From NCBI GenBank assembly GCA_044892525.1, contig CM097885.1, forward strand, positions 41,108,001 to 41,172,000: a stretch of 64,000 nt of DNA. The letters are read 5' to 3'. The first letter of the stretch is position 1; each line of letters opens with the position of its first letter. Positions 42,991 to 55,975 of this stretch are shown here, piece after piece. A program made the position numbers and the translations under genes. The notes beneath the pieces were generated by a model. It worked only from the letters and a program-made list of their open reading frames with translations. It ran no database searches and was not told the origin of the DNA. This DNA comes from Schmidtea polychroa (Eukaryota).

Positions 42991-43323
42991 TAAACGGTAT
43001 TAAATTTAACCAGATAACCATTTCTGAGTTTCATTCTTTGAATTAACTACTACTTTTTTTGACCGTTTTCTTACATCCTTCTGAACTAAAACAAAAGGTT
43101 TCTGAAAAATGGAGACTACATGAAAAATATTGCTGTTCAACAAAAAGGCTAAAATATAGATGAGAGTTATGCTTGTTTTCTAAATCTTTTATAAAAGTAA
43201 TAATAATAATAATAATAACTTCAACATTATGATACCACATCATTTAATAAATTATTTATTCTTCAATATTAATTTTATTTTATTTTTATCATTTTGTTTT
43301 ACTTATAGAAATAACTAATTTTA

Positions 43324-43484
<161 letters not shown>

Positions 43485-43797
43485 ATGCAAGTAAATGGCT
43501 AAATGATATAGAAGAAATAAAAGAAACAAATAATGTGATATAAAATTGCAAGAACGGAAGATTTATCATATAAGAAAAAACGATATATACAAACAAGATA
43601 AAACTATGGATTCCAAAATATAAATGAAATCCGTAATTGAAAAATGTATTGTATGTCATAAAACGAAGACAATTGTCATAATGAAAACAGTAGGAATTAA
43701 AGAAACAATAAGTCATTTGAGAACATTTATATGGAACATTTTTATGTGGAACAATGAAAGTAACATTCAATAGAGAAAGATACATATATGGTATAAT

Positions 43798-44962
43798 CAG
43801 GGATGCTTTCCTAACGGTTCGCACCGCTTCGTGCGAACCGTTAGATGGAAATTCTATGGTTCGTGCGAACCGGCTATTAAAATAAGCGAAAAAAAATTAT
43901 TTACATTGTCAAAAAAAAATACGCAAAAAAAAATTATTTAAATAAAATTTATTTACCATTTGGTGCAAATTTATATATACAGTTTGAAAATTTTATCTAG
44001 TTTTCATTGCGATTCTAATTTTTTACTTTATAGAAATCTTTCAGTTAATTTTAAAAAAAATAAAAAAAATTTTAAATTTTATCAAGTTACCATGGATAGA
44101 TATATATGTAAAAGTTAAATCTATTTCTAATTTCTATTGAAAAAGTTCAATCTAAATATTTCATTTTATCGGTTATTATTTGTTTTGTTCTGTTCAGTTT
44201 TTATACATTTAAGTTAATTATTTTTCTAATAAAACCGCAGATTTTTAAAAAATTTAATAAGGTAAGTTCAATTAACTATTTTCATGCTTTAAGTTAAATA
44301 ATTTATTTTTAAATAACTATTTTATTTTTTGAAGATGAAGAGACAAAATATGTCAACCACATATTTCTCGAAAAAAATAAGAGAGGAAACATCAGTAAGT
44401 AATGACTGCAGGTCGACCATAACAGAGACAGAAGCAGTTTCAATAACTTTACAGGAACAAATGAGGACAAAATGAGGACAATAATAATTTACCAAGCTGT
44501 TGGAATGCAAAACAGTTGAAGGAGTTTAAAATTAAATATGATGGGCTATTTGTCAGTAATCAGAAATTGGGATGTGAGCATTGTTTAAAAATGGAATCAA
44601 AACTAATATCTCAGGAATGGAAAAATGTAAAGTTACGACATCGGGGGAAGACAAAATAGTGCAACAAGCATCTTTAAGGAAAAAAATGAGTGAACATTTT
44701 GCATCAAGAGCACACAAACTAGCTGTTGAACATGCCAAGATATTTGAAAAACAAACTTTTACATCATGCATCGATAAGATGAACGAGAAATTTATTAGTT
44801 ATACTCCAAGAATCTTCAACACTGTTTACAGCCTAGCGAAAAGAAACCGTCCGTTTTTAGACATAGAAAGTGTAATAGAGCTTCAAGTAAAAAACGGGTT
44901 GGACATGGGAACCGGACTTCATTCTCGACATAGTGCAAGTAAGATAGTAGAGCATACCGTAT
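43798..44962 (+). mobile_element. 5' part of a hAT transposon with KIAA1586/ZNF862-like transposase fragment
   Basis: CAGGGATGC terminus with repeated TTCGTGCGAACCG subterminal motifs; SLRKKMSEHFASRAH...IFNTVYSLAKRNRPF...LQVKNGLDMGTGLHS. Confidence 0.75.
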
Positions 44963-46446
44963 CATTGATCACTACAGAAGCTGTATTTTTCTGTCTTGTT
45001 ATAGTTAAACAATATTGAAAATTTTGCTAAAAAATTGATATTAAGATTTGGAGCATCGAAAGATCTGTAGACTATGGAAAAAGTAAAAAGTATTTTGATT
45101 GTCCTATATAAAAGTGCAAATCCACTTGAAGTTAATATCCATTTCATAATTGAGTATCCTTTTTTGAAATGATACATACATCTAAATTTTAAGCAAGTCT
45201 TTTCTTTAATTACAAATATTTAATTAAGTAATTAATTAATTAATTTAAGTAATTAATTTATTTTATGTATAAAATGGAAAAATAAAATTAATAATATTTA
45301 TCAAAATGTAAATGGACCCTGCTTAGCAGATGAGCTTAATACAAACAAAAAATTTATTTAGATGGCATAAGGTTACATGGGATCAATTTGTTTAATTTCT
45401 GATTGACAGGCAATTTATTAATTAATGTTTTGTAAACTAAACATTTCGATGCTATTCACATCAGTTAGGAAAAAATCTTAAAATTATTATTTGTTTTATC
45501 AAATATTTTCAAATAAAAATATACCGTTTTGAATGAAATATAATTTCTTAGTGTTGAATTTTATTAATAATAGTAAGAAAAAAACTATAAAGCACAAGCA
45601 GAATACATAGTAAAAAATACATGTCAACTTTCGATATTAAAAAAATATTCCATGGAATAATTACATGTTAAATTGTTTTTATTGAAATATTTATTGAAAA
45701 AATGACGGCAAAGATTTTTAATGAAAATTCAGACAACTTAACTTTGAGCTGTCTGTAGGGACATACAATTAACTTGAACAAATAATTTATTGTAATTAAC
45801 ATTGTCGAAGAACTTGAACATCACTAGAGATATCATTGTGAATACGATGAAGGTTTCTGTTTCCTGTATTTCTGACATATTTGATCCATTCATTTTGACT
45901 CGATTTGATGATTCTTCAACTTCTTCAACTTGTTCGACTTCAGTGACAACTTCAGTTACTTCGTTAGACATGTTTGAATTTGATGATTTTTTAAATTGAA
46001 TTTAATAATCATTTTCGTAAAAAGGGAAAGTAAAAATTATTTAAACAATTGTTTTTAATTTTTAATTTTAATTTAATTAATTTAATAATAAATTTTTAGT
46101 TCAATTATTAAATTAATAAAAGTGCTCTTCAGAGGCACTACATTGTCAACAAATGAAATTTCTTAAGATTTATTTTATAGTTTGAATAAATTTAATAAAA
46201 TATTTTACATCTCAGATATTTTTGAAATAATTGAGCCAGGAAGTTTTAAAGTTACATAAAATGTTTAGAAAAAACTCATAAATCGTAACATTTTTTCGAT
46301 TAAGGTAAAAAAATATTTTGACAGAATTTTAAGATTTGATAAAACTAATCAATGCAATGGAAAATAGTGAATATTATTAAGAATTTCCCAAAATACAGTC
46401 AGAGCTATTATTGTAAAACTATAAAATATATGGTGAAATTTCAAAA

Positions 46447-46503
<57 letters not shown>

Positions 46504-47215
46504 GCAAAAACAAAGAATTTCCGAAGAACACTGAAATAAATTATTAAATTTTATTAAAGAAAATATATTAAAAAATATAAATTTTTAGAGATGCCTTTTG
46601 TGTTTTAATAAATTAATGCAAATATATCTAACTTACTTTAAATAGAAAAATTGTTAATTGAATTGTTAAATTAAATCCAAAATTTAATTCATAAATTCGT
46701 AAAAATGCAGAAAAAGTCTTTAAAAATAAATTATATAGATGTTGTATAAAATGAATATTTAAGAACATGAATAATGATCTCGTACCTTTATAAAATTAAT
46801 TAGTGCCTTAAAATATACTTTCTTCTTTTACTTGATAGTCATTTTCAAAATTGTTTCTAAAAATTTATAAATTAAATAAAATCATAACATAAATGATGAT
46901 TCATACAGTAGCTTTATACACCAACATGTATTACACCCATTCGCATAGAATATAAAAAATTAAAAATGTTATATAATCGAAACACACAAACTTACACGTA
47001 ATCAAATAAGTTTATGTTGCATAGAATCAAAACTGCTTTAACACACAAAAACAACACAGTAAAAATGCATATTAACACTCTCAGTGCCACAGAAAAAACA
47101 CTCCATTTTTAACATGTTATTGTCAGACACATTGATCTGACAAGTTTATTTTAAAAAAAGTCTCTGTCAGACAAATCGATCTGATCGACCTTTTGCAAAT
47201 AAACATACGTATTAA

Positions 47216-48805
47216 CCTTATTAACACTAGGTTGTGACTTTGAATCACACTAGATATTATACACAAATACATTGATGTTTCCAAATGATAACAATGTATT
47301 CTATCATTTATAAATTCTTCGCAAAAAAATCTAAAAATAATTTGTTTTAATTTCTACAGTAGTCATGGAGATTAGTATATTAAAATTATTGTTTCGGTTT
47401 TTTTTTCTACTGGTATATTAGTGCTTATATGAAATATTTGATTCAACCGTTATTTTTTGCAAGTCACTTTTTTTCATAAATATAATATTTTCAAGATAAC
47501 TAATTATATGTTTTGTTCGACAAATTTGCACCAATTAGGGATATTTGGAATCTTATCAACAAATATTTGAGAAAGTATTATATCCCAGGTGAAAATTTAA
47601 CAATCGATGAGCAGTTGATCCCGTTTAGAGGCAGAGTTCAATTCCGACAGTTTATGCCCTTCAAACCAGATAAATACGGAATGAAGATTTGGTGGACATG
47701 TAATAGCAAGACTAGTTATCCTTTATTTGGTATGCCATACCTTGGTCAAGGACAAGCTAGTCGAGCAGTAAATTTGGGTAGAACAGTCGTTGAACAATTG
47801 TGTGAACCATTTAAGCGATCAAATAGAAATATTCCATTCGACAATTATTTTACAAGTTACGAACTTGCAAATTGGTTATTATCTAAGGGCCTTACATATG
47901 TAGGTACTTTACGAAAGAACAAAAGATATATACCACCAAATTTCCTTCCAAATAGAGGAAGAGAAGTTGAAAATAACATTTTTGGTTTCACAAAGAATAT
48001 GACACTAGTCAGTTACGTACCAAAAGAAGTCGTGCTGTCGTCTTGCTATCCACAATACACCACAATTCTGTAGTAGACAGCACAAATAAAAATAAGTCTG
48101 AAGTAAACTTATATTATATTAATACAAAAGGTGGAGTTGATACGTTGGACCAAAAGTGTCATGCTTTTTCGGTAAAACGTAAAACCAGAAGATGGCCGAT
48201 CGCACAGTTTTATAATCTTATGGACGTATGTGGTATAGCTGCAGATATTATTTGGAAACATTTATATCCAGATTGGAACAAAACTAAAGTAAATTCACGA
48301 CGCAAATTAGTTTTTGAAGAATTTAGAGCAAGAATTAGTAATACCAAATATAAAACGTAGAAGTATAAAACAATTGCCTACAAATACCGTTGATACAATG
48401 AACGAAATTTTGGAAAATTCTTCCCATATTCTAATGGTTGATAAAACCATCCCAGAAAAAAATATGCGCCGACGATGTAACTATTGTCCATCAGCAAAAG
48501 GTCGAGCTTCAAAACAATGTTGTGGTGCATGTGGAAAAAAATGTATGTAATGAACATTCGCAAAAAATCATCGTTTGCAAAACATGTATAAATAAATTAT
48601 TTATTTTTTATTTTATTTTTTATATAAATACTTGTATAATATAATATTTTGTTTAAAAAAATTTTTTTTTGTCCAATAACATAATACTCCTTATGCGGAT
48701 TATTAAAATATAATTTTACTAATATAACTACATGCATTTTCAATATGTGTCTTAAAGTCACATCTTGGCGTTTTACGTAAGTATATCAACCTGGTAATAA
48801 TAGGG
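47216..48805 (+). mobile_element. Internally deleted piggyBac transposon
   Basis: TTAA at 47212-47215 and 48806-48809; 19-bp imperfect TIRs CCTTATTAACACTAGGTTG / CAACCTGGTAATAATAGGG. Frameshifted transposase 47513-48590 has TIDEQLIPFRGR, FDNYFTS, KGGVDTLD and a C-terminal Cys-rich domain; its N-terminus is missing. Confidence 0.92.
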
Positions 48806-49254
48806 TTAAGAAAATCACAGAAGACTAAAATATTTCCGTATTTTTTCTTTCTTTGCTGTGTTAACTTTCGATATGTAGAAATAGTTCATGGCACAAGTAC
48901 TTTTAAAAATTGTATTAGGAGAAAAGTGGCAGATTAAAATTATGGATTATGCCCAGAACCCAGCTGAACTCAATTTTAAAAAAGTATGAGTTTAAGAAAA
49001 AATAAAGAGAAAAAACAGAAACTGATGAAGACAAATTTAATTTTAAATTGTTATTATGAATACCAGAATGTTCATTTAGTTTTATAATTTACAAATTTTG
49101 AGAGAAAAACTAAAAAAGTCAAAAACAACCTCAAACATTAATTAATAAATATTCGCAATTTTTGACCAAAATGAACAAACAAAATAAAAATGTGGATAAT
49201 AATATAAAAAATAAAATGAAAGTTAAAAACTAAGCGTTGAAAGTAGTTATGAAT

Positions 49255-49960
49255 CAGTCAAAGTCCATCTAATCCAAGGAAGACCTTCTACATCGAAGAT
49301 TGCTAAAGGCATTGACAAAATCAAAGCAACGACCACCGAAAACAAGAAAAAGATATTAGTAAGCTAACCGAATAGACTTCAATATCACTTGGATACATTC
49401 AGAGCATTTTACATGATGATTTGGATTTAAAACGTGTTGTGGCTAGGCTTGTTCAAACGAAGCTGAATTTGTCACAAAACATTCAACATGTTGAATTTGC
49501 TTAGCAGATGCTTTTCAACCATTATTCAGATGAAAACTTCATAACTGTTTTTGTCAATTACAATAGTGTTTTTCATCATGAATTTCTTCCGGAGGTTAAA
49601 ATGGTCAATAAAAACTACTATCTTGGTGTTATGAAACGTTTGTATGAGAACGGGCGTTCCGAAAGACCGGACTTGTGAATAAAAGACCATCACCATCACA
49701 TACTATATTGAATTTTCGATAATCTTTGGCTAAAACAATAATTATACAACTGGATATTCACCGATTTCACCTAATATGGCTTCCTCTTGTTTTTCAGTAA
49801 ATTCAAATTGCCGCTTTAAAGATCACGTTTCCAAAGCACTAAAAGAAGACTCGAAGAAGGCTATCATTACTTTTCCTAAAATTGAGCATAAAAAAGCCTT
49901 CAAAGACTGTATTAAACGTGCATTGCATCGGTAGGAGATCACTATGAAGGCAATATCATT
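49255..49960 (+). pseudogene. Degenerate mariner transposase
   Basis: GRPST, ILHDDLDLKRVVARLV, HHEFLPE...VNKNYYLGVMKRL...RPDL and a YSP(D)-like motif, in broken frames. Confidence 0.8.
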
Positions 49961-50430
49961 CCAATTGATGATTAGCATTGTAATTTAAATTTAAATGGAG
50001 ATGACCGTGTACTATTTGATAGTCTTAGTACTGAGTTTATTTTATATATAAAAATACTTTGTTATACTTTGTTACATATAAAATTATGTATTTAGATCTT
50101 TTAAGATTATAAATATTATACTAATATTACAGAAAATAAGAAACAAAAATTTAGAACTTTTTAAATAATTAAAATATGATAAAATTAAAAAATTAAAATA
50201 ATTTTACATAACACAAGATATAATTAAAAATTATATTTAATTGGAAATATTTTTTGAACTGTAACATTTTCTTTTAAACAATGTTATGTGATAATATTCT
50301 AGTTGATTTCTCCTCAAATGAAGCAAACGCTTTCTCGAATTGTGAATAATTTATTATATTATTTATTGATTTATTATTCGGATTAGAATTAAAATTATCA
50401 ACTAAAGAAATCAATTAGTTTATTATTAAA

Positions 50431-53400
50431 AGTTAAATCCATCTTTAAATCCATCTATAAATGTCGCAGCAAAAATCTTGAAACCAACAATATATATTTA
50501 ATCAAAGATTTAATTTTTCACAAAAACCGCCAACTCCAAGTTATTTAAACAAAAAGATATCTAACTCTCCCCTTCTTAAGAATTTTCCACTTCTTCAGCC
50601 ACTCGATTCTTTTTTCTTTCATTCCTTCTTGTGAATGTAGTTTTACTCGATGAGGTGATAGAAATCTGGCGATTTTATATGGGCTATCGTATTGCATACC
50701 ATCCTTGTCCCTGTTCTGTGGCTCTTTACGTACGAGTACCTCCCCCCTCTTTGTTTTATCCATAGCTCTCATAGTGTCTGCGGCTTTACTCGAGTTAAAT
50801 CTCACGTCTTCGATTCTTTTGCTTCTTGATATCTCGACTTGTTTCAGGTTAGAGTGTAGGTAAACTCAAATGGTGATAAACCTGTAGCACTTTGTCAACT
50901 GCTATTTATAGTGAACTCTATTCTGAGTAGAGGTTCGTGCCAGTTTCAACCTTCACATCCACAATGTTGCTGTAATAAAATCTCTTATCGTTCGTATGGC
51001 TCGTTCGGCTAAACCATTTGATTGGTGCTAGTAAAGTGAGCTGAATTCCTGTTTGATTCAAAGTTTCTGTAGCTTCTGTCTTAGGAAATTCCCTTTAAAA
51101 TTTCGGCCTCTATCTGTTAAAATGCTCTTCGGTTTTCCAAATCGATAGATCAAACTATTAAATATTGTTTTGAAAATTGTCCCTTCGTCTTGCTTCGTAA
51201 TTGCAGTTAAAGAAATCAATTTGCTAAAACGATCCACCATTACTACCATGTATTTTAATGGCGTTTATTTCCATGTAAGCCACATCTATAACAATCTGTT
51301 CTAGGAATTCAGAGCTATATCTAGGAATAAATGTTTCCTTGGTTCTTGACTGATCGATCTTTCTCTTAGCGCAGATCTCGCAACATCGTAAACAGAGTTG
51401 GATTGTTTCTTGCATTTTCGGCCAATAAGATATCTTTTCCATAATTAAATAATTTCTTAACTCCAATGTGACATAGTTCTTCATGTAGGGTTGTTGTTAA
51501 CAGGCCTGCATGTGTTTCTGGGACTAATATTAAGATATTTTTTGTTCTTTTCTACTGTTATTAATCCTCCATCAATTCGTGTATTTTTTACGTTAAAAGG
51601 AAAACAATTCTTTTTCTCCCGTGTACATCCATTTTATATTATCTCTCGCAGCTCTCGAAACCAAATGTCCTTTTGTTGTTGTTCCCATACTTTTTCCATC
51701 TGGTTTGAAGGGCATAAACTGTCGGAATATATATCTTTAATCTTTGATACCTCCTTTATTAGCTTCTTCATGTCTTGTTTGACACTGGGTACAGATCATA
51801 CTTTTTAATGTTGATAGTCCATCTGAATTCTAGTGTTCTTCGCCTTTCCGACATTTTAGTTCAAAATCATATTCCAACAGGTTAGCTAACCATGTTTGAA
51901 ACTGCGGACTTATTACGTTTTTGTAGTGTTCATGATAACCAATGCTTTGTGGTCGGTGCGAATTATGAATTTTTTCCAGTACAGATATTCTCTAAAATGC
52001 ATGACGTACGGCGAGCAGTTCTTTCTTGGTTACACAGTATCCCTTTTCATGTGATGACATATGTCTCGAGCTATAAGCTATGACAGATTCTTCTCCATCT
52101 TCTGTAATTTGACTCAAAACTGCACCAATGGCTCCGAAACTAGCGTCTGTGTCTAAGATAAAAGTCCTATCTTCACTTGGAAAATCAAGGATAGGTGCTT
52201 GGCACAACCGTCTCTTCAGAGTTTGGAAGCTCTCATTGCATTCTTTAGTCCAATTTATATCTTTATCGCATCCAGATGTTGCAGCGTATAATAGTTCGGT
52301 GGCATAGTCTTTGATCAATTTCTATAATAGTTCGTTAATCCGAGAAACGATCTCAAATGTTTTGAACATTTTGGTACTTCTGCTTTTTCGATCTCTTCCA
52401 CTTTCTTCCTTTTTGTCTGGATACCCTTTTCGTTAACTGTGTGACCAAGGAAACACAATTCTGTTTTATTGAATTTGCATTTTTCTGGATTTATCTTCAG
52501 TCCTGACATTTGAATTCTTCTGAATATTTCCCTTAATAGCTAATCGTGGTCTTTTTGACTTTTACCATATACCAAGATATCATCTAGATAAACTACTACT
52601 TGAATAGCATTCCTACTAGTACTGTGTGCATCAGTCTCTGGAATGTCGCAGGAGCTGTTGCTAAGCCAAACGGTAGTCTATTGAAGCAAAATTGTCCTTC
52701 TCCTGTACTGAATGAAGTAATTTCTTGAATTTCTTGAGCTAACTCCACTTGATAATACGCCTGATCTAAATCGATTGACGAAAATATTTTTGCATTCGCG
52801 AGACAGTCTAGTAAGAATTTGGTGTTAGGCATCGGAAATGACTCTTTCTGTTATGGAATTTAATCCACGATAATCTACACACATCCTGATAGATCCATCT
52901 TTCTTCCCTACTATCACTAACGAGGCATTCCAAGGACTCTTGCAACACCAAATAACATTTGCTTTCATTAACTCTTTTATAAGTTCTTCAATCCTTTTCT
53001 CCATGTGCATTGGTTGACGTCGAGGATGTTGCATTATTGGGCCTCCTGTTATCCGCATCTCATGTCAAACTAAGTTTGCAAATCCTAGATCGAATTTCGA
53101 TGCCATAAAAATTCCGCCGTATTCCCTGATCATTCCTTCAATATCTTTACTATTCTCACCTGCCATCGCCATTAGTGCTTTATTTATTCTTTCATCATAA
53201 GTGTAAATTTTGTTTATCAATGACGTTTCTATATTATTGATTTTCACTAACTTTACTCCAAATCTATGAATTCGGATTTGATCGCTTTTACCACTACTAC
53301 TGTGATTATTTTGATCTTCTGATTCCATGTGGCCGGTATAGTCATGTATTCCATTGATTCTTTACCTCCAGTTGAAAAAATTCCGCATAAAAATATCATA

Positions 53401-53764
53401 TTACGTTGAAGTTCTGGTATGCCTATTTTCTCCCACAATTTCTTGCTCATGACTGTTACTGATGCTCCAGAGTCCCATAACATCTCTGTTTCGGCATTAT
53501 TCAACATTATTTTTACCACGCTTTGGCTTTTACATGTCTTGGCATGATTTCGGTAGGCTTTTCCATTAGCGATTTTGTCGATTTTGAAATGGCGTTGATA
53601 TTTTGATTTTCGGCGTGGTCGCCAGTTAAATCCATCTTTAAATTTCGCAGCAAAAATCTTGAAACCAACAATATATATTTAATCATAGAATTCATAAATA
53701 ACAACTTTTAAATTTTCACAAAAACCGCCAACTCCTAATTATTTAAACAAAAAGATATCTAACT
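50431..53764 (-). mobile_element. Degenerate Gypsy/Ty3 LTR retrotransposon, 3334 bp, pol only
   Basis: LTRs 53624-53764 and 50431-50566 with AGTT...AACT ends; 5-bp TSD TTAAA; PBS TGGCGACCACG; PPT AAGAAGGGGAG. Domain order is PR (WDSGAS), RT (VYLDD), RNase H (LDTDAS), IN (CEIC, TDRG, GLAER), with many frameshifts. Confidence 0.93.
53614..53624 (-). promoter_or_regulatory. Primer binding site, probably tRNA-Arg
   Basis: TGGCGACCACG directly after, and overlapping by 1 nt, the 5' LTR; complementary to a ...CGTGGTCGCCA tRNA 3' end. Confidence 0.7.
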
Positions 53765-55732
53765 TTAAAAATAATCATATTGAAAATAATTAAAATAAAA
53801 TAATTAATAATATAAATAATTATAAAAGAATAAATAAATTTTTGAGTAAATTGTTTAAATAAATAAATATATTAATACTATTAATTTAATAAAAAAGTTA
53901 ACTCAACCATCACATTTACATACCAATTTCTAAAATAACAAAAATTATTAAAAATTGAATATAAAATAATGCTTGATGTAATCTAATTATTGAAACCGAA
54001 AAATCGAAAAATGTTCTAGTAAAAATTTATTAATTATGTTAATTAGATATGCAAATCAAATCAACGTCCAACTCGAGAGATTTATAGGATTGCTCTCCAG
54101 CTCTAGGATCATTTTCAAATCTGTTCTCCGGTAGGGAAATAATTGAAATTACGATATTGTTGGTACGATAAAAATAACATTTTAAGTATCAATAGAAATT
54201 GAATTATTTCTTAAAAATGAGATTATTTATCAGAGAGATGGTAAATTTTTATAAATGGAATTTTCAAATGTTATAAATACTTCGTCTGAATAAGTATTAG
54301 AATTATTTTATTAAATATATTAGTTTAAGTAACCTTTTCATGGCTCAATGAACATAATATCATGACAGGAAAATATATATTAATATATTAATAATAATAT
54401 ATATAATACACCTGATTAGCGCGAATAAGTTCTTCACAAAACCCTAAAATTTATTATTTAATTATTGTTCACCTATTTTTTTATTGGTTTGTACTTAAAC
54501 AAAGTGAAATATTGTTGAAAAAATATATTCCCACAAAGAAGGGTTAGATTATTTATTGAAATGATATAATAAGAGTCGAATTAGGGAGTAATACTGAACT
54601 TTTAGAATAAGTTGTATATTGACAAAAATTTTCATAAATAAGACGAATATTAGGACACAACTTTCTGGACATAAGCGCAAGTTAACAGTCAAAACTCAGA
54701 TAATTTATGCTTCATAGTATTTTTGCTATCAAAAAATATAACGAAACAAAGAAATATTAAGAGACCCTTAAATATTTATCATACATGGCAGAACTAAAAT
54801 CTAACTTAAAATATAATGAAAATGAGCTCAACAATATCTGAAATTATTATGTCGATTTAACAAAAAATTTAATTTTAAATATTTAATTTTGTTAAATAAT
54901 TAATTTGCATAAATAATTTATTAATTTTGATTAATTTTTTAATAATAATTTTTCAAGTTTATCTTTTATGATATTAACATTTTTAATAAATTTTTAATTA
55001 CATAAATAATAAAAATAAAAATAAAATAAAAATACTGATATATTTGTTATTTCATTTTGATACTTAATTATAATTACTGACCATTTATTTAAAATACTGA
55101 CCAATCAAAAAGCATCCTTCATTTATTCACTTTTCTTAGATTTTTCATTTTGAATTGAGATATAAACTGCAAAGAAATCTTTATAACCAATGATTTCATT
55201 TTTCTTTATTAATTATTCATAGAAATCAAGTGCATTTGTTTGAACTAATAAAGTGGGTATCATCTATGTAGTTAATTGATAATAATTAATAGTTCGGAAT
55301 ATTAATTATCAGCATTACATTTACATTTACATTTTTTATTACTTTGTTTCAAGTATCTTTTATTTTTGCTTTTCTTAATAATAACTTTTATTGATTTTAA
55401 AGAGAGAAATAAAAATACAATAAAAATTATATAACAATATGATTTTCTTTAATTATTTCTTTAGTCTCAATTTTACACTTTTGAAAATGGTTTAGCCGAA
55501 AAGTTTTTAAATAAATTAGTTGGGGAAAAGTAATCCATTATTTGTTTGATAGATGGAATTACTGGCATATATCTTGTTTTGTATTTATCATGTCAAGTCA
55601 GTGTATATTCGTAGAAAAGAGGAATTTCCTTACAAAACAATTACATCTTGCCATTGTTGTGATTGATAGCTTTAATTGAGAGTTAGAGCGTTAAAAATGT
55701 AGATAAACAAAGAAAGATTACAGTTTCGATAA

Positions 55733-55975
55733 AGATGAACAAGCAAGCCAAGTGGCTGAAATTGTAAATAGTGTTTATGGTCCCAATACTAAAACAGCCA
55801 ATTAAGCGCAATTTTGGTTTCATCGAGTTCATTCCTGTAAGTTTAATGTGAAAGAGGCACCAAACACAGGAAGGCTTATCGTCGAAAAAGTCGATAAAAT
55901 CTTGGAAATCGTTGAAGTAGACAGGCATAAAAGCTTCCGCAGTATCGCTCAGAAACCAAAAATTGACCACAAATA
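55733..55975 (+). pseudogene. Mariner transposase N-terminal HTH fragment (cecropia/Hsmar1-like)
   Basis: ASQVAEIVNSVYGPNT...AQFWFHRV...VKEAPNTGR...DKILEIVEVDRH...SIAQKPKIDHK with one stop. Confidence 0.8.

Noticed and set aside
47072..47090. Second piggyBac end TTAA-CACTCTCAGTGCC
   Set aside because: No matching opposite end found in the window.
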